Part shown: positions 52,760-64,000 of the stretch, in pieces | Layout of the letters: the number at the start of each line of letters is the position of its first letter | How positions within the stretch are numbered: the first letter of the stretch is position 1 | Assembly: GCF_006345805.1 (NCBI RefSeq) | Contig: NC_043003.1 | Location: 74,400,001-74,464,000 of the forward strand | Length of the DNA stretch: 64,000 nucleotides | Direction of reading: 5' to 3' | Source: Octopus sinensis | Taxonomy: Eukaryota | The notes under the pieces: generated by a model | Database searches by the model: none | What the model saw: only the letters and a program-made list of their open reading frames with translations | Told to the model about the DNA's origin: nothing | Translations under genes and position numbers: made by a program

Positions 52760-53080
52760 TAACAATTCTTCAAGATAAAGAATGACATAGTTTTGGGCAT
52801 CCGAGTTTATAATTAGAGTGTGACTTGTGCAGTATGAAGAGAGAACCAAACTATACAGTGCCAAGTAGAAGGATATCAAGACATGTCAGCACTACATAGG
52901 AAACAAGTTTGCTTCTCAAGAGAAAGACAAACAACACCCCAGTTAACACATAGCTAGATGTGCTACAAAATTTCAAGCAAACATTAAACTGTTCCCTTTA
53001 TACCAAGGCTATGGCACAAAATGTGAAGAACGAGTAAATAGACTGCAATCATTGAAACATTTCAACCACGCCTATATGGG
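52760..53080 (+). mobile_element. Possible decayed Penelope GIY-YIG C-terminal fragment
   Basis: LECDLCS...CQHYIG...HPS*HIARCATKFQANIKLFPLYQ resembles the PLE endonuclease tail; many stops. Confidence 0.3.
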
Positions 53081-53219
53081 AGCATATATTCAATTCTAAT
53101 TACAGTTTTATTCAATCCAATTTTATACACTCAATCATAAACCATTTGGTTTATATACAAATAGTCTATATGTAAGTAAGTCACTTTAACTTCACATAAA
53201 TGGGGAATGAAACTACCCT

Positions 53220-53460
53220 GTTTCCAATAGTGGTTTAAAATTTAGGCATAAATCAAGCAATTACGACGAATGATGTAAGTCAATTACAGCGACCCTAGTA
53301 CTCAACTGGAAATTACTTTATCAACCATGAAAGAATGAATGGCAAATTGGACCTCGACGGATATTGAACTTTGAACGTACTGACGGATGAAATGCCCCTA
53401 AAAATTTTGATTGGTGTCCTAGCAATTCTGCCATCTCGCTGCCGTATCCCCTGCTTCTAA
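53220..53460 (-). mobile_element. Decayed SINE family B
   Basis: tactcaactgg...ttatcaaccatgaaagaatgaatggcaaattggacctcgacgga...attctgccatctcgctgcc. Confidence 0.65.
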
Positions 53461-53854
53461 TAATATCAATAATTTATTACCTACCCCCAGCTTAATTTAC
53501 ATACTGAACATCTGAACTGCTATCAACATCGAATAACAAAAATCATTATGGTAGCATGAAATCACACCTTAATTACAAATTACTTTGTCATGAATAAATT
53601 AGTAAAGCGAAACCGCATAATTGTATGCTATTTTATTTCACAAGTATATTTTGAACATAAACATTTTAATGAACTTCCCTTTGTATTCTTATTATAATCC
53701 ATCACGTGGAGATTATCTATAACTTTCAATATATGGTGGGGCTCCAGCATGATCACAACCGCATGGCTGAAACGAGTAAAAGAGTAAAAGCGTATAAGTA
53801 TGTATGTGTGTGTATGTGTGTGTGTGTGTGTACATACACAACCTCATATATCGC

Positions 53855-54047
53855 CGTCGTCGGCACCACTCGTGTCCGAGTTTTGTTCGTCCGGTGATTC
53901 CATGATGTTTAAAACTGAGATGGCTCAGTAGACCAAGTCGGGATAGAACAGTCCTGGGGATTCCATCACATGCAGGGCATGTGGTGGTCTTGTTTGGAGT
54001 TGGCAGTCCTTGCAATTCCTTCTTTTCCCTTCTTCCGTGTTTCTCGA
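53855..54047 (-). mobile_element. RTE-type LINE extreme 3' end
   Basis: TTTCPACDGIPRTVLSRLGLLSHL (resembles CPxCxR..SRIGLxSHL) followed by a short UTR ending in cgacgacg. Confidence 0.6.
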
Positions 54048-55972
54048 GATACACACACAAACACACAAAATACATACACACATATATGGGTAGATATATT
54101 GATAGATAAGAGAGGGGAATATGTATATATGTATACACGTATACTTTGTTACAATACCTTTAACATGGAATACAATTCATTGTGCACATTATGTTTTATC
54201 TCCATCTGACGCAATTAGCAGTGTCATTCACATTTACGCACACACAAACCACACACACATACACACGCACAAATACTGATATATCACATGCATGGTCACA
54301 CGCACACACACCTTAAATTGTTAATATTCTCAGAAGTATTCTTGCAATAATTTATGTTGGTACAAAATACAATGTTATCTGCTTTGTAAATGTGTTAATC
54401 TGTTTCTGATTTCTGTGCGATTGCGATATTTGACGCGATTGTTTTAGTTCTCACCAAGTAACGTTAAGAATGTGAACGCTGAATAATGTTGTATCGAAAC
54501 AGAAACCATTCTGTGCTATATGACACATCCATTAATCCTCTCAGTTATAAAAGAAGCCTAACCCACATCATTTTATAGTAATCAGGCATTTGCACGTCAT
54601 CCGTCAAGTCGAAATTTCCTCATCCATCAAATGATCAAATATTTTAGAAAACTATATAAAATATTTGCTAGATTGATTAATCCTTAATTATATGTTCGTT
54701 TGTAAAAAATTCGAGCCCATTAAAAAGAGTAGTCATTAAATTCTTCAGTCTTCCGTCACGAGATCCACGATGTTCGATCTCGTTTCAAATCATTTCCTTC
54801 TTTCCATCTCATTTTATATAATTATATATTTATATTTTTATTGTAATTCATTTTTCAATTTATTTCAATGTCCCAACTGACAATCACAATATTGATGAAA
54901 AATTTATTGGACTATCTCCGCGCTAGTGGACGTCATTTTGAATATTGCATCCTCTTGCAAGTTGCCTCACCCTACATTAATCATCCGACCGATTAGTTCC
55001 AGCTTTATTTGCAAAGGAACAAGTAGTTATCAATTTCTAATCGAGCAGTGCACATTGTCTCTGATGTTCATCCTCTTATCTGAAACCATTTCTCTGATGT
55101 TATTACCGACAAACGGAACTCTTACGCTACCAGCTAACAAGAGCGTTTATTCGTAATTCGCTCCACAGGCCAAATTTTACGAGAAAACAAAAACAAGGTG
55201 TGTTGGGAAATAAAGAATTGATCGGAAAAATATTCACTATTGAGACATTTTTAAAACCTGTTTATATGAGGCAGTTAACACTTCTCATTTGCAAATTTTC
55301 TCCATATTCTAGTAAAAATAAATGCCTCCCTGTTTTAAAACTTAAGAAAGCATTAGAAGCAATCGAGAGAAAATTTACTAATTGTACTGTTAGTAATGCG
55401 AAAACAAGATAATTGAAATATGCGCACTTTAATACCTTGCAATTGTTTGTTAAAATACTCTGAGCGGGTCCAATGGAAACGTTACTCTGTTTACTTTTCT
55501 TTTGTTGTCTTTATCATTTAATACATATTGTTGCTTCGTCACTACTTACGCAAAAAAATTTAACGATAGAAAAAATTTTATCATTTAATATCATGATCAA
55601 TGATTAGACTTGGACGATATTTGAAAATATTATACTTCTAATACTCGTGGTGAAATGTATATGGAATACTTTTCAAGACATCCATCGTATTATTACCAAT
55701 TTTATATTAAATAATTGGAGACAGAGTGATGTAAAGTTGTACAATAATCAAAGAGCATGGGAGAAGCTGCTCAGTAGTTAACAATTTTTTTAAGTCACCA
55801 TTACAAAGCACTCTGTGGATAATAACATGCACCAAGTATTCAAGAAACAAAAACGGTTCTTAAATACAAAATAATAAGCTAAAAATGTTATTTACAGTGC
55901 AACTGAATTTCTCATAAGAGATGCGAAATTATTTTCTGAGATATATATATATGTGTGTGTGTGGTGTGTGTG

Positions 55973-56005
<33 letters not shown>

Positions 56006-56015
56006 TGTGTGTGTG

Positions 56016-56220
56016 TTATCTTTTATCTTTTACATGTTTCTGTCGTTAGACTGCATCCATGTTGGGGACACCGATTTCATGAATTTTGTCGAATAAACTC
56101 CAGTACTTCGTTTTTTTTAAACCTGGTACCTATTCTAGAGCTCGCTGTGGTCGAAACGCTCATGTACGAGAAATACACTATCACTGCTTGTCAAGGGATC
56201 GTAGAGGGACAAATGTAGAC
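56016..56220 (-). mobile_element. SINE family A-related 3' half, decayed
   Basis: cttttatcttttacatgtttc...ccatgttggggacaccg...ctggtacctattct...gcttgtcaag...gggacaaa. Confidence 0.65.
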
Positions 56221-56282
56221 TCAAAGTCACACACACACATATGCATATAAATATATATATATATATACACGCACTTACAAAG

Positions 56283-56321
<39 letters not shown>

Positions 56322-56748
56322 CTCGGAAATGGATGCGTGACGTTCAATCATATCATAATATAAATACTATATATATGAGTATAATTTCACCGTTCTCTAC
56401 CTGTCACTCTCTCTCTCATTCATTCTTCCTCCTTAGTTCTCTCGTTGTTCGTTGTTCATCGGCTATATTGTTTCCTTTCCTAACTTAAGTTTCTTTCTTT
56501 ATATCTGATCTGCTGCAGGGATAAGACGCATTCTTGTCTGTCTTCTGTCCAAGCTTATTCCACAAGCGTTCACCACAACTCACTTCGTTTAGGCTTAGCA
56601 GCCTTTCGCCTTTGTTTTCACTGTCTTGTGTTTTTATCAAATTTGACCCTCTGCAAAATCCCAAATATTATTTAATTTGCGGGAGCAGCTGTTTTAACGA
56701 AGGTGTGTCTTGTCGTGAATTGTTAGGAATAAAGAGTAGAAAACAGCC

Positions 56749-56790
56749 GACAACTGATGAAGAGTCGTTCTTTATGAAGCTTGTCTTGTT
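56749..56790 (+). ncRNA. Degenerate minimal hammerhead motif
   Basis: gacaa CUGAUGA agagucguucuuuau GAAG cuu GUC uuguu; A15.1 is replaced by G and stem II is weak. Confidence 0.4.
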
Positions 56791-56991
56791 TTCCATTTGC
56801 TTCTTTCGTTGTTTGCAAAATAACTTAGTATTCCATTAATTCGTATTTAGTATTTCATGTTGTTTACGTTCTGTGACGTCCCTAGTTTATATGTGCATGT
56901 GTATATGTAAGTATGTACATATATATATGTATATATGCATATGTATATATATATATTATTTATATTATATATATATGTATATATGTAAGTA

Positions 56992-57072
<81 letters not shown>

Positions 57073-57249
57073 TTATAGTATGAGAATTTTTGGTGTCAAG
57101 GAGACCCAAAGGAGTGAGGTAATGCTGAGTAAGTGCCATGCTGAGTAAAACTATAGTTAAGCTCCACGTTCGATAATGATAGGAATGAGGAGTCGAACGT
57201 AGGTCATGTATTATGCATATATATATAAATTAACAGAATGATATACAAA

Positions 57250-57617
57250 TTCAAGGCTGTAATTAATTTTCATACTATTTCTGAAGGGAAGGTCTTACAG
57301 CTGTTTCCGGAATATTTTATATATACCTTCATCAGAGTCAGTGTGAGAAAATGTTTAAGTAATAGTTATCATAGAGAAGATCTGAAATGCAGAGTGAAGA
57401 GGAAGCATGAAAACAGACGTGAAATACGTAAGGAAATTGTATCTCACGTCTATATTCATTCCTCCACTTCACTCTGTATTTCATATCTTCTCCATAATAA
57501 CTATTACTTAACCGTTTTCTCACACCATCTCTGATGAAGTGATATATAAAATATCCCGGAAATAGGTGTAAGACCTTCTCTTTATCAATATTTTGAAAAG
57601 TATTCACAGCTTTGGAT
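57250..57617. repeat. ~370 bp foldback whose arms each carry a PLE-type hammerhead (57291-57340 minus; 57526-57575 plus)
   Basis: Left arm on the minus strand: gacu CUGAUGA agguauauauaaaauauuccg GAAA cagcug UA agacc. Right arm on the plus strand: aucu CUGAUGA agugauauauaaaauaucccg GAAA uaggug UA agacc. Loop about 57429-57439. Confidence 0.88.
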
Positions 57618-57649
57618 GTTTATCTCATACTGTTATTTTATATATACAG

Positions 57650-57709
<60 letters not shown>

Positions 57710-59104
57710 TATATATAATATATATATATATAATATATACACGTAGGTGCAGCCAATTAACTAGTGTTATCTGCAGAATCTATTGCGAAAAGTGGAATGT
57801 TTGCAATACATTAAGCAGTTTAAGTCTAATATCTGTCCCATAAATGTTGTCTGACAGATATGTACGCTTACTATGTATAACTATCTAGTGGAGGAACTTG
57901 TACGCGTATTTATGAGTGTATGTATATGCATGTATATATATGCATGTAAATATGTATATTCGTGTGTTTGTGTGTGTACAAATATACGTGCATTTTTAGA
58001 TATGTACGTGATTACTTACGTGTATTTGTGAATATATATACATCTATTACGTTTCCCTTTTATGATGTTTTACCTTAAAATTTATTTTGATGCTGTTTCC
58101 TCAATTCATTTGATTACTGAAGTATATCTTTATTTTTATCGAACCTGGTACCTGGAACATGGTAAAAGATGAAATTGATGAATGTGTCAAATTGCTATAA
58201 CATAAAGATCTAAATCATTGAACAATATTCTCTGACATTATGATTAAAAATTATACATACCTTCCTACAGTTTCATTTTGTATGATACTGAGTTGTATTT
58301 TCAGATAAAATCAAGTCTTATGCTGTAGTTTGATGTGAGATTGGCATTTCAGCTATAGCAGATACATTAGAATTGAGAATTTCTTGGACATCGTGGCATG
58401 AGAGGAAGTTGGTAGCATTTCGATGCCTGGTGTGCCTTTGTGGGGACTCAGAATCTGACAGGGGTAAAGACAGTGAGGGTGTGTATAGGAGTGTAAAAGA
58501 CATGTATGACGGCTTTGATATGAGTGTGCTATTGTTTGTATGAGTGTGTGTATATATGCATGTGTGCATGCGAATGTGTAAGTATGGGTACCTATGCGTA
58601 TGGGCGTATGTACAAGCATATGTTAGCGCAGTCGCAACTGCTAGTGGGATATAGGCGGTGCACTGAGGTTTGGTGGTGTGAGTGTAGGGAAGAGAGGATC
58701 AGTAACGTATATTGATGTGTGTATGTGTGTGTATGCGCGCGCGTGTGTGTGTGCATATGTACATAAACTTGTATGTGTTTGGAAACGCACAACACGTTTA
58801 TGGAGGTCACAAGATGAGCATAAGTTAATGGGGCTGGTCTGCGGTCTGCATTGGCATTGGTAGTGCGGTACCCTGTTGTTGGTTGTGGAGCAGCCAGTAC
58901 TGAGAAGCATATAATCTTAAGGTGGTATATCTGGGTTGTCGGCAGCAGTTGACTTGAAGTTCACCAGGAGGTACGTCTGACGGCAGCAATAATATATTTC
59001 ATGTTTTCTGCGAATAGATATCGCAGGTTGCTAAATAATATGCAGTATTTCACTGAAACGTAGCTGGCAATTGTGAGTGCTGGAAGTGTCGTGTGTATTT
59101 TGTA

Positions 59105-59489
59105 GATGGTAGCAGACCAGAAGAGAATTAAGGCATTCGAGCTTTGATGTTGGAGAAGAATTTTACGGATTCCATAGACAACGAGGCTCACCAATGGAGA
59201 AGTTGTTAAGCAGATCAGGTCGGAAATGTCACTAGAAGCTAGGATCACCAAGCATAGATTGGCATATTTTGGTCATATTATGAGGAGAAAATCCCTGGAG
59301 AAGGACATCATGCTTGGAATGGTCAGTGGCAAGATAGGAAGAGGCTGACCAAGAACCCGCTGGCTTGACACCATCAAGAGTGATACCGGAATGGACATAG
59401 CCAGTCTGAAAGAAGCGGCCCAGGATAGAACTGACGGGAGGACATTGATCCATGGAGTAACCGAGTGTCGACTTCGACTGAGCGGATAG
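59105..59489 (+). mobile_element. RTE-clade LINE 3' end with GATA tail
   Basis: KRIKAFEL*CWRRILRIP*TTRLTN...RLAYFGHIMRRKSLEKDIMLGMVSGKIGRG*PRTRWLDTIK...LKEAAQDR...SG* followed by gatagatagagatagatag. Confidence 0.92.
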
Positions 59490-59519
59490 ATAGAGATAGA
59501 TAGCCTATTCGATGTGGTC

Positions 59520-60400
59520 GTGGATCCACCAAAAAATGAAACAAAGTGATAGTTTTCTCTCTATCATTGCATCTAAGTGAGTTCATATTTCCCTTGAAGT
59601 CATTGGCCGTCATGCCCATGTAGTTCCTTCTGATGCCATTCGATTGCGTGAGGGTGCTTGATAGACTACAGCCCTTTAAAGGCGGGATCCTCCCTTTTAG
59701 GGTTTCGGTGATTATATTTTGGGGTTGGGACTTGTGCACATGCCTGTTTGATTCTCTTGTATTGTGCAATATAAGGAGCGATATTATGTAAGCAGCAGTA
59801 TCCCACCTTGATGTTATGTCGGTTACGGAAGTTATAGTGCTTGTGCCCCCTCTGGAAATTCTTAATCAACCACAGAAATCACCTAGCTATGTTGGCTTAA
59901 AATTCTTGCTTAAATGAAGAGTTGAACCAGGTTAGCTTTCGCTTCCTGATTCTCTTCCGATTAGGGTTTTGGGCTAGTGTCCCTTTATGCATACAACTTT
60001 CTCAATAAATCCTCTTCTAACCAATGCATCATTATAGTGGTGAGGTCTTTTTTTGAATATTTCCCTATCGCACACAGACTTAGCTAATATTTTGTTAATG
60101 CATGAGAATAGACTTCTAGTTACAACGGGGTTGGGGGATGTGCGTTTCTGGATGGTATCCAAGGCAAATAGCTCAACGAATTTTACGATCTCAACAGTGA
60201 GTAAATGTTATTTACTTGCTAAACTACAATCAGAAACCAATTGCTCCAGGAAGTTAGATGGTAAAATGCGTTTATTTTTTCATTTTGTCCCTGTCTAATC
60301 TATCCCTAATTTTGTGGTTATATAACCTAGCTGTTCTTTCTAGCGTGTTTGAATTCCATGAGTGGATTCCTTATGTGTTTAAATGTACACTGTGTTGTAT
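59520..60400 (-). mobile_element. Decayed Penelope-like element (RT C-terminus, linker, GIY-YIG)
   Basis: INKILAKSVCDREIFKKRPHHYNDALVRRGF; RKRKLTWFNSSF..ANIAR*FLWLIKNFQRGHKHYNFRNRHNIKVGYCCLHNI; PPLKGCSL...NYMGMTANDFK (resembles YIGMT..FK). Confidence 0.85.
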
Positions 60401-60490
60401 GAGGAATACATAGTCTTTGGACTAAATTTTTACACTATAGACCCCTGGAAATGGCAATTTCTATTAATTTCCATTTCCCTTTGATATGAT

Positions 60491-60531
<41 letters not shown>

Positions 60532-60749
60532 GAACATGAATCAGATGCAAATGTTAATGTTGGCATTACAGAAGGGAAAGGCCAACATGGAAAATTAAAT
60601 TCAAATAGGGGAATAAATATGAATGTAAACAGTAATATAGATTGAAAGAAATGTGATGAAAATAACAAAATAAATTGTAATTTTAATTCGAATCTGCATA
60701 ACTCTACCACCCACAGGGACAATTACATTAAATCTGATAATAAAAAAAA

Positions 60750-60900
60750 TAATGGTAATATTTTGTTTTAATTGGGTCTGCGGTTTATACACCTCCTCTA
60801 AAATTGCTAGGAAACTTCTCTCCGCGTTAGGTAGACATTTCCTTAAACCCAGTAGATACTATAGAATTTTTAATAGACATATGGTGATAAGATAGAGCAC
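60750..60900 (+). mobile_element. Second Penelope-like linker fragment, opposite orientation
   Basis: KIARKLLSALGRHFLKPSRYYRIFNRHMV resembles NIGRKFLxLIDKHFPKxHKLHKIFNRNTVK. Confidence 0.7.
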
Positions 60901-62231
60901 AACTTAGTCAGTGACACGAAAAGCATACCCTTACAATCCATACTCAAACGTGTGTAACCTGGAAAAAGCACTTGACATTATATTGTACAATGCCAACATC
61001 AGCAAAAATCCTGAAATTGTTCTAACAAGTAACCATAGTTTTAAAAGCTCGTTTGCAGATTTGGAAGTGATCTGTATATTTAGAATGTACTGAGAGAATA
61101 TTTTATTGTTTTATCTAAATAATATAATTTCTCAATAATTTTTATGTGTGTAAAATTACTTGGGTAAAACTAAAAACCTACAGGAAGATGTACTGATATA
61201 TATGAAGCAGAGGTTACCGATGGTGAAAAATAGGCATTTGATTCACTAGGTTATTGATTACTTAATCGAAAGATTGTTCAAGCAATCTATTGGTAAATTA
61301 CTTAACTTTTGAAGTAGTTAAGTATCAATACGGTGAGAACGTTAAAAAGTGTGTTCATTAAAAACATCTAAGAATAACGCAACCTCTGTTTCAAGACATT
61401 TATTCACATCACGAATCAAGCGAGACAAACCAAAAATGTAATTATACATATTTACATTTTTATATATTTGCACATACATATATACATAAATACATACATG
61501 CACACATATACATACATGCATACATACATACGTGCATACATACATAGAAACATAAACGAGAAATTCTGTCAGTCCCTCCGTCCGGGATCATGGATCTTAT
61601 TCTACGTATACTCTATATAGATATAATATACCTTTTTGGAATCAGGATGATCCCGGAATTAAAAATCTACCCTTCATTTGATTCTTGAACATTTAGCATT
61701 GGAATCAGTTTTGAATAAGTATTTGTTATATGCTAACAGTTGAAAATTCAAATTTTAAAAAACTCCAAAAATTTGTGGAGTTACAAGTCTTTCATTGAAA
61801 CTGAATTTAAAGTAATAACATATATGTAGGGTACCAATAAATGCTTTATTATTACAGCTCTCCGTATTTAGGGGCCACAGGCTAAGTTAGTGCTCCTCAT
61901 ATATAATCTTAAATGTCAGCATGGAGTGCGGCTTTGAAGTTAGTACGTGTTTGTGTGTGTGTGTCTATGTGTGTGTCTGTGTGTGTCTGTGTATACAGTT
62001 TACAGAACAGCAACTAAGTGTTTCATACCGTAAAGATACAATAGTTCGACAGATTTCAGTTACATCCATGAACCTATTATTAACTCTTTTGTAAATTATG
62101 TATATTGAATGTCATCCCTCAACGGAGAACGTGTTTTCCTGATCTCCCTATATGACGGAAGAGCAAGCTATACATACATGCACATAATCATATACGTATA
62201 CATATATATATATATATATAATATATATAAT

Positions 62232-62313
<82 letters not shown>

Positions 62314-62875
62314 TACATGTATATGTTTGTGTATAAAGGAAAATAAGGATGAAAACTAGTTTCTAGTATAGTGTCTTAGGTCATTTTATCACTATGGTTT
62401 TGGGACCCATTCAATAGACGATTCAACTGCATATAGATCCTAAATTGCTATTGATCTTCAGGTATATTATAATGCATCCACGCATAAATAACTATAACAA
62501 TAAAGTATAACTTATAACAATAAAGTATTTTCCTGCATATCTGTTGTGACTGAGCATCTATATATACTTGGAACTATCACTGGGCTCAAAACAACAATAC
62601 TGTTGAAAAGCGCTTAGGAGCTTTGTATTAAAGTTGTATTTATCCTTATATTTCCTATATTTGATCTATAGCTCATAACTGGTGTTATCATCCTAACGAC
62701 TATACAAGAGCAGACTGAATTATGAGTATTTACTTGGTCGCCTTAACTTATCAGTAGTAGTTGTGCATCTAATTGAACTATAAATGCCACTACATCTATG
62801 TCTCTACATCCACACATTTGCGCACTCACACACACATACATACTGATTAAATAAATACATATGTATATATATATA

Positions 62876-63294
62876 CAGGAGTGGCTGTGTGGTAAGTAGC
62901 TCGCTAACCAACCACATGGTTCCGGGTTCAGTCCCACTGCGTGGCACCTTGGGCAAGTGTCTTCTGCCATAACCTCGGGCCGACCAGTAGACGGAAACTG
63001 AAAGAAGCCCGTCGTATATATGTATATATATATATATATATGTGTGTGTATGTGTGTGTGTATGTGTGTGTCTGTATGTTTGTGTGTATGTGTTTGTCCC
63101 CCCACCCTAACGTTGCTTGACAACCGATGCTGGTGTTTTTATGTCCCCGTTACTTAGCGGTTCGGGAAAAGAGACCGATAGAATAAGTACTGGGCTTACA
63201 AAAGAATAAGTCCCGTGGTCGAGTTGTTCGATTAAAGGCGGTGCTCCAGCATGGCCGCAGTCAAATTACTGAAACAAGTAAAAGAGTAAAAGAG
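62876..63294 (+). mobile_element. Octopus SINE family A, young near-consensus copy with a ~20 bp internal deletion
   Basis: caggagtggctgtgtggtaagtagctcgct...ggttcagtcccactgcgtggcaccttgggcaag; gaccagtagacgg lacks the aaagccttgtgagtggatttg segment present in the other copies. Confidence 0.93.
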
Positions 63295-63318
63295 AGTATA
63301 TATATATATATATATGTA

Positions 63319-63377
<59 letters not shown>

Positions 63378-63410
63378 GGATACATGTATATATGCATATA
63401 AAAATATAGT

Positions 63411-63553
63411 CGCAAGACTGGATGTGTGGTAAGAAGCATGCTTCCAATCACAAAGGTCTAGGTAAAACCATGGTAAGCCATGTCCTGTATTAGCCTGAGG
63501 CCACCCAAAGACTTATGAATGAATTTGTGAGATGGACACTGAAAGAAGACCAG
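63411..63553 (+). mobile_element. Decayed SINE family A 5' half
   Basis: gtgtggtaagaagcatgcttcc...caaagacttatgaatgaatttg...actgaaagaagacc. Confidence 0.65.
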
Positions 63554-63722
63554 CCACTACACATTCGTTATTTTTTTCTCCTTGTTTCTTTCTGTGTTCG
63601 TTTCTGTGGAAGAGCTTAGACTCGAAACGTTAAAGACTTTTTCACTTCCTGAGCGTTATACTAATACATCTCTTTGTTTTCTACACCACCTATCTTTGTC
63701 TTTTGTTTTTTGGGTGAATTAT
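63552..63722 (+). mobile_element. PLE-like terminal-repeat fragment with a hammerhead-like motif (63601-63636)
   Basis: Paralogue of 44193-44372. Confidence 0.6.
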
Positions 63723-63724
63723 AC

Positions 63725-63765
<41 letters not shown>

Positions 63766-64000
63766 TGAGTGTGAGTGGGTGTTCGTGTCCGTATGTATGT
63801 ATGTGCTTCTGTGTGTGAGTGTGTGTGAACATATGTATATATTATACGTAATGCATATCAACTCTCTATAATGGATCAAAATTGTGTTCTGCATAGAATA
63901 ATTGTCATCATACACATCGAAAATTCCTTTCAGCAGCTTGGAAATGTCTGCGCATTGAGCTCCTTTTCTTTAAACATTAATAAATAAACACGTGTCAATA

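Overview
AT-rich, microsatellite-laden eukaryotic DNA, almost certainly octopus. The evidence is several copies of the two abundant octopus tRNA-derived SINE families plus dense (TA)n, (CA)n, (GATA)n and (TTA)n tracts. I found no intact protein-coding gene; most ORFs in the track are microsatellite artefacts. The window is mainly decayed transposons: RLE-type LINEs (a HERO/R2-group 3' fragment and two R4/Dong-like fragments in a co-oriented, (TTA)n-spaced train), an I-group LINE RNase H fragment, several RTE fragments, two internally deleted Tc1/mariner elements with intact TIRs, a Helitron 3' end with helicase remnant, Penelope-like (PLE) fragments and many long foldbacks. The most striking signal is RNA-structural. 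The 3' UTR of the HERO-like LINE holds a complete hammerhead-ribozyme core with all three helices in a non-circularly permuted (pseudoknotted) order (2091-2156). About a dozen minimal PLE-type hammerhead motifs occur elsewhere, and two pairs of them form the arms of foldbacks. Two weak minus-strand exon candidates are noted. Coordinates were read by eye and may be off by a few bases; all family assignments come from motif recognition, not database searches.
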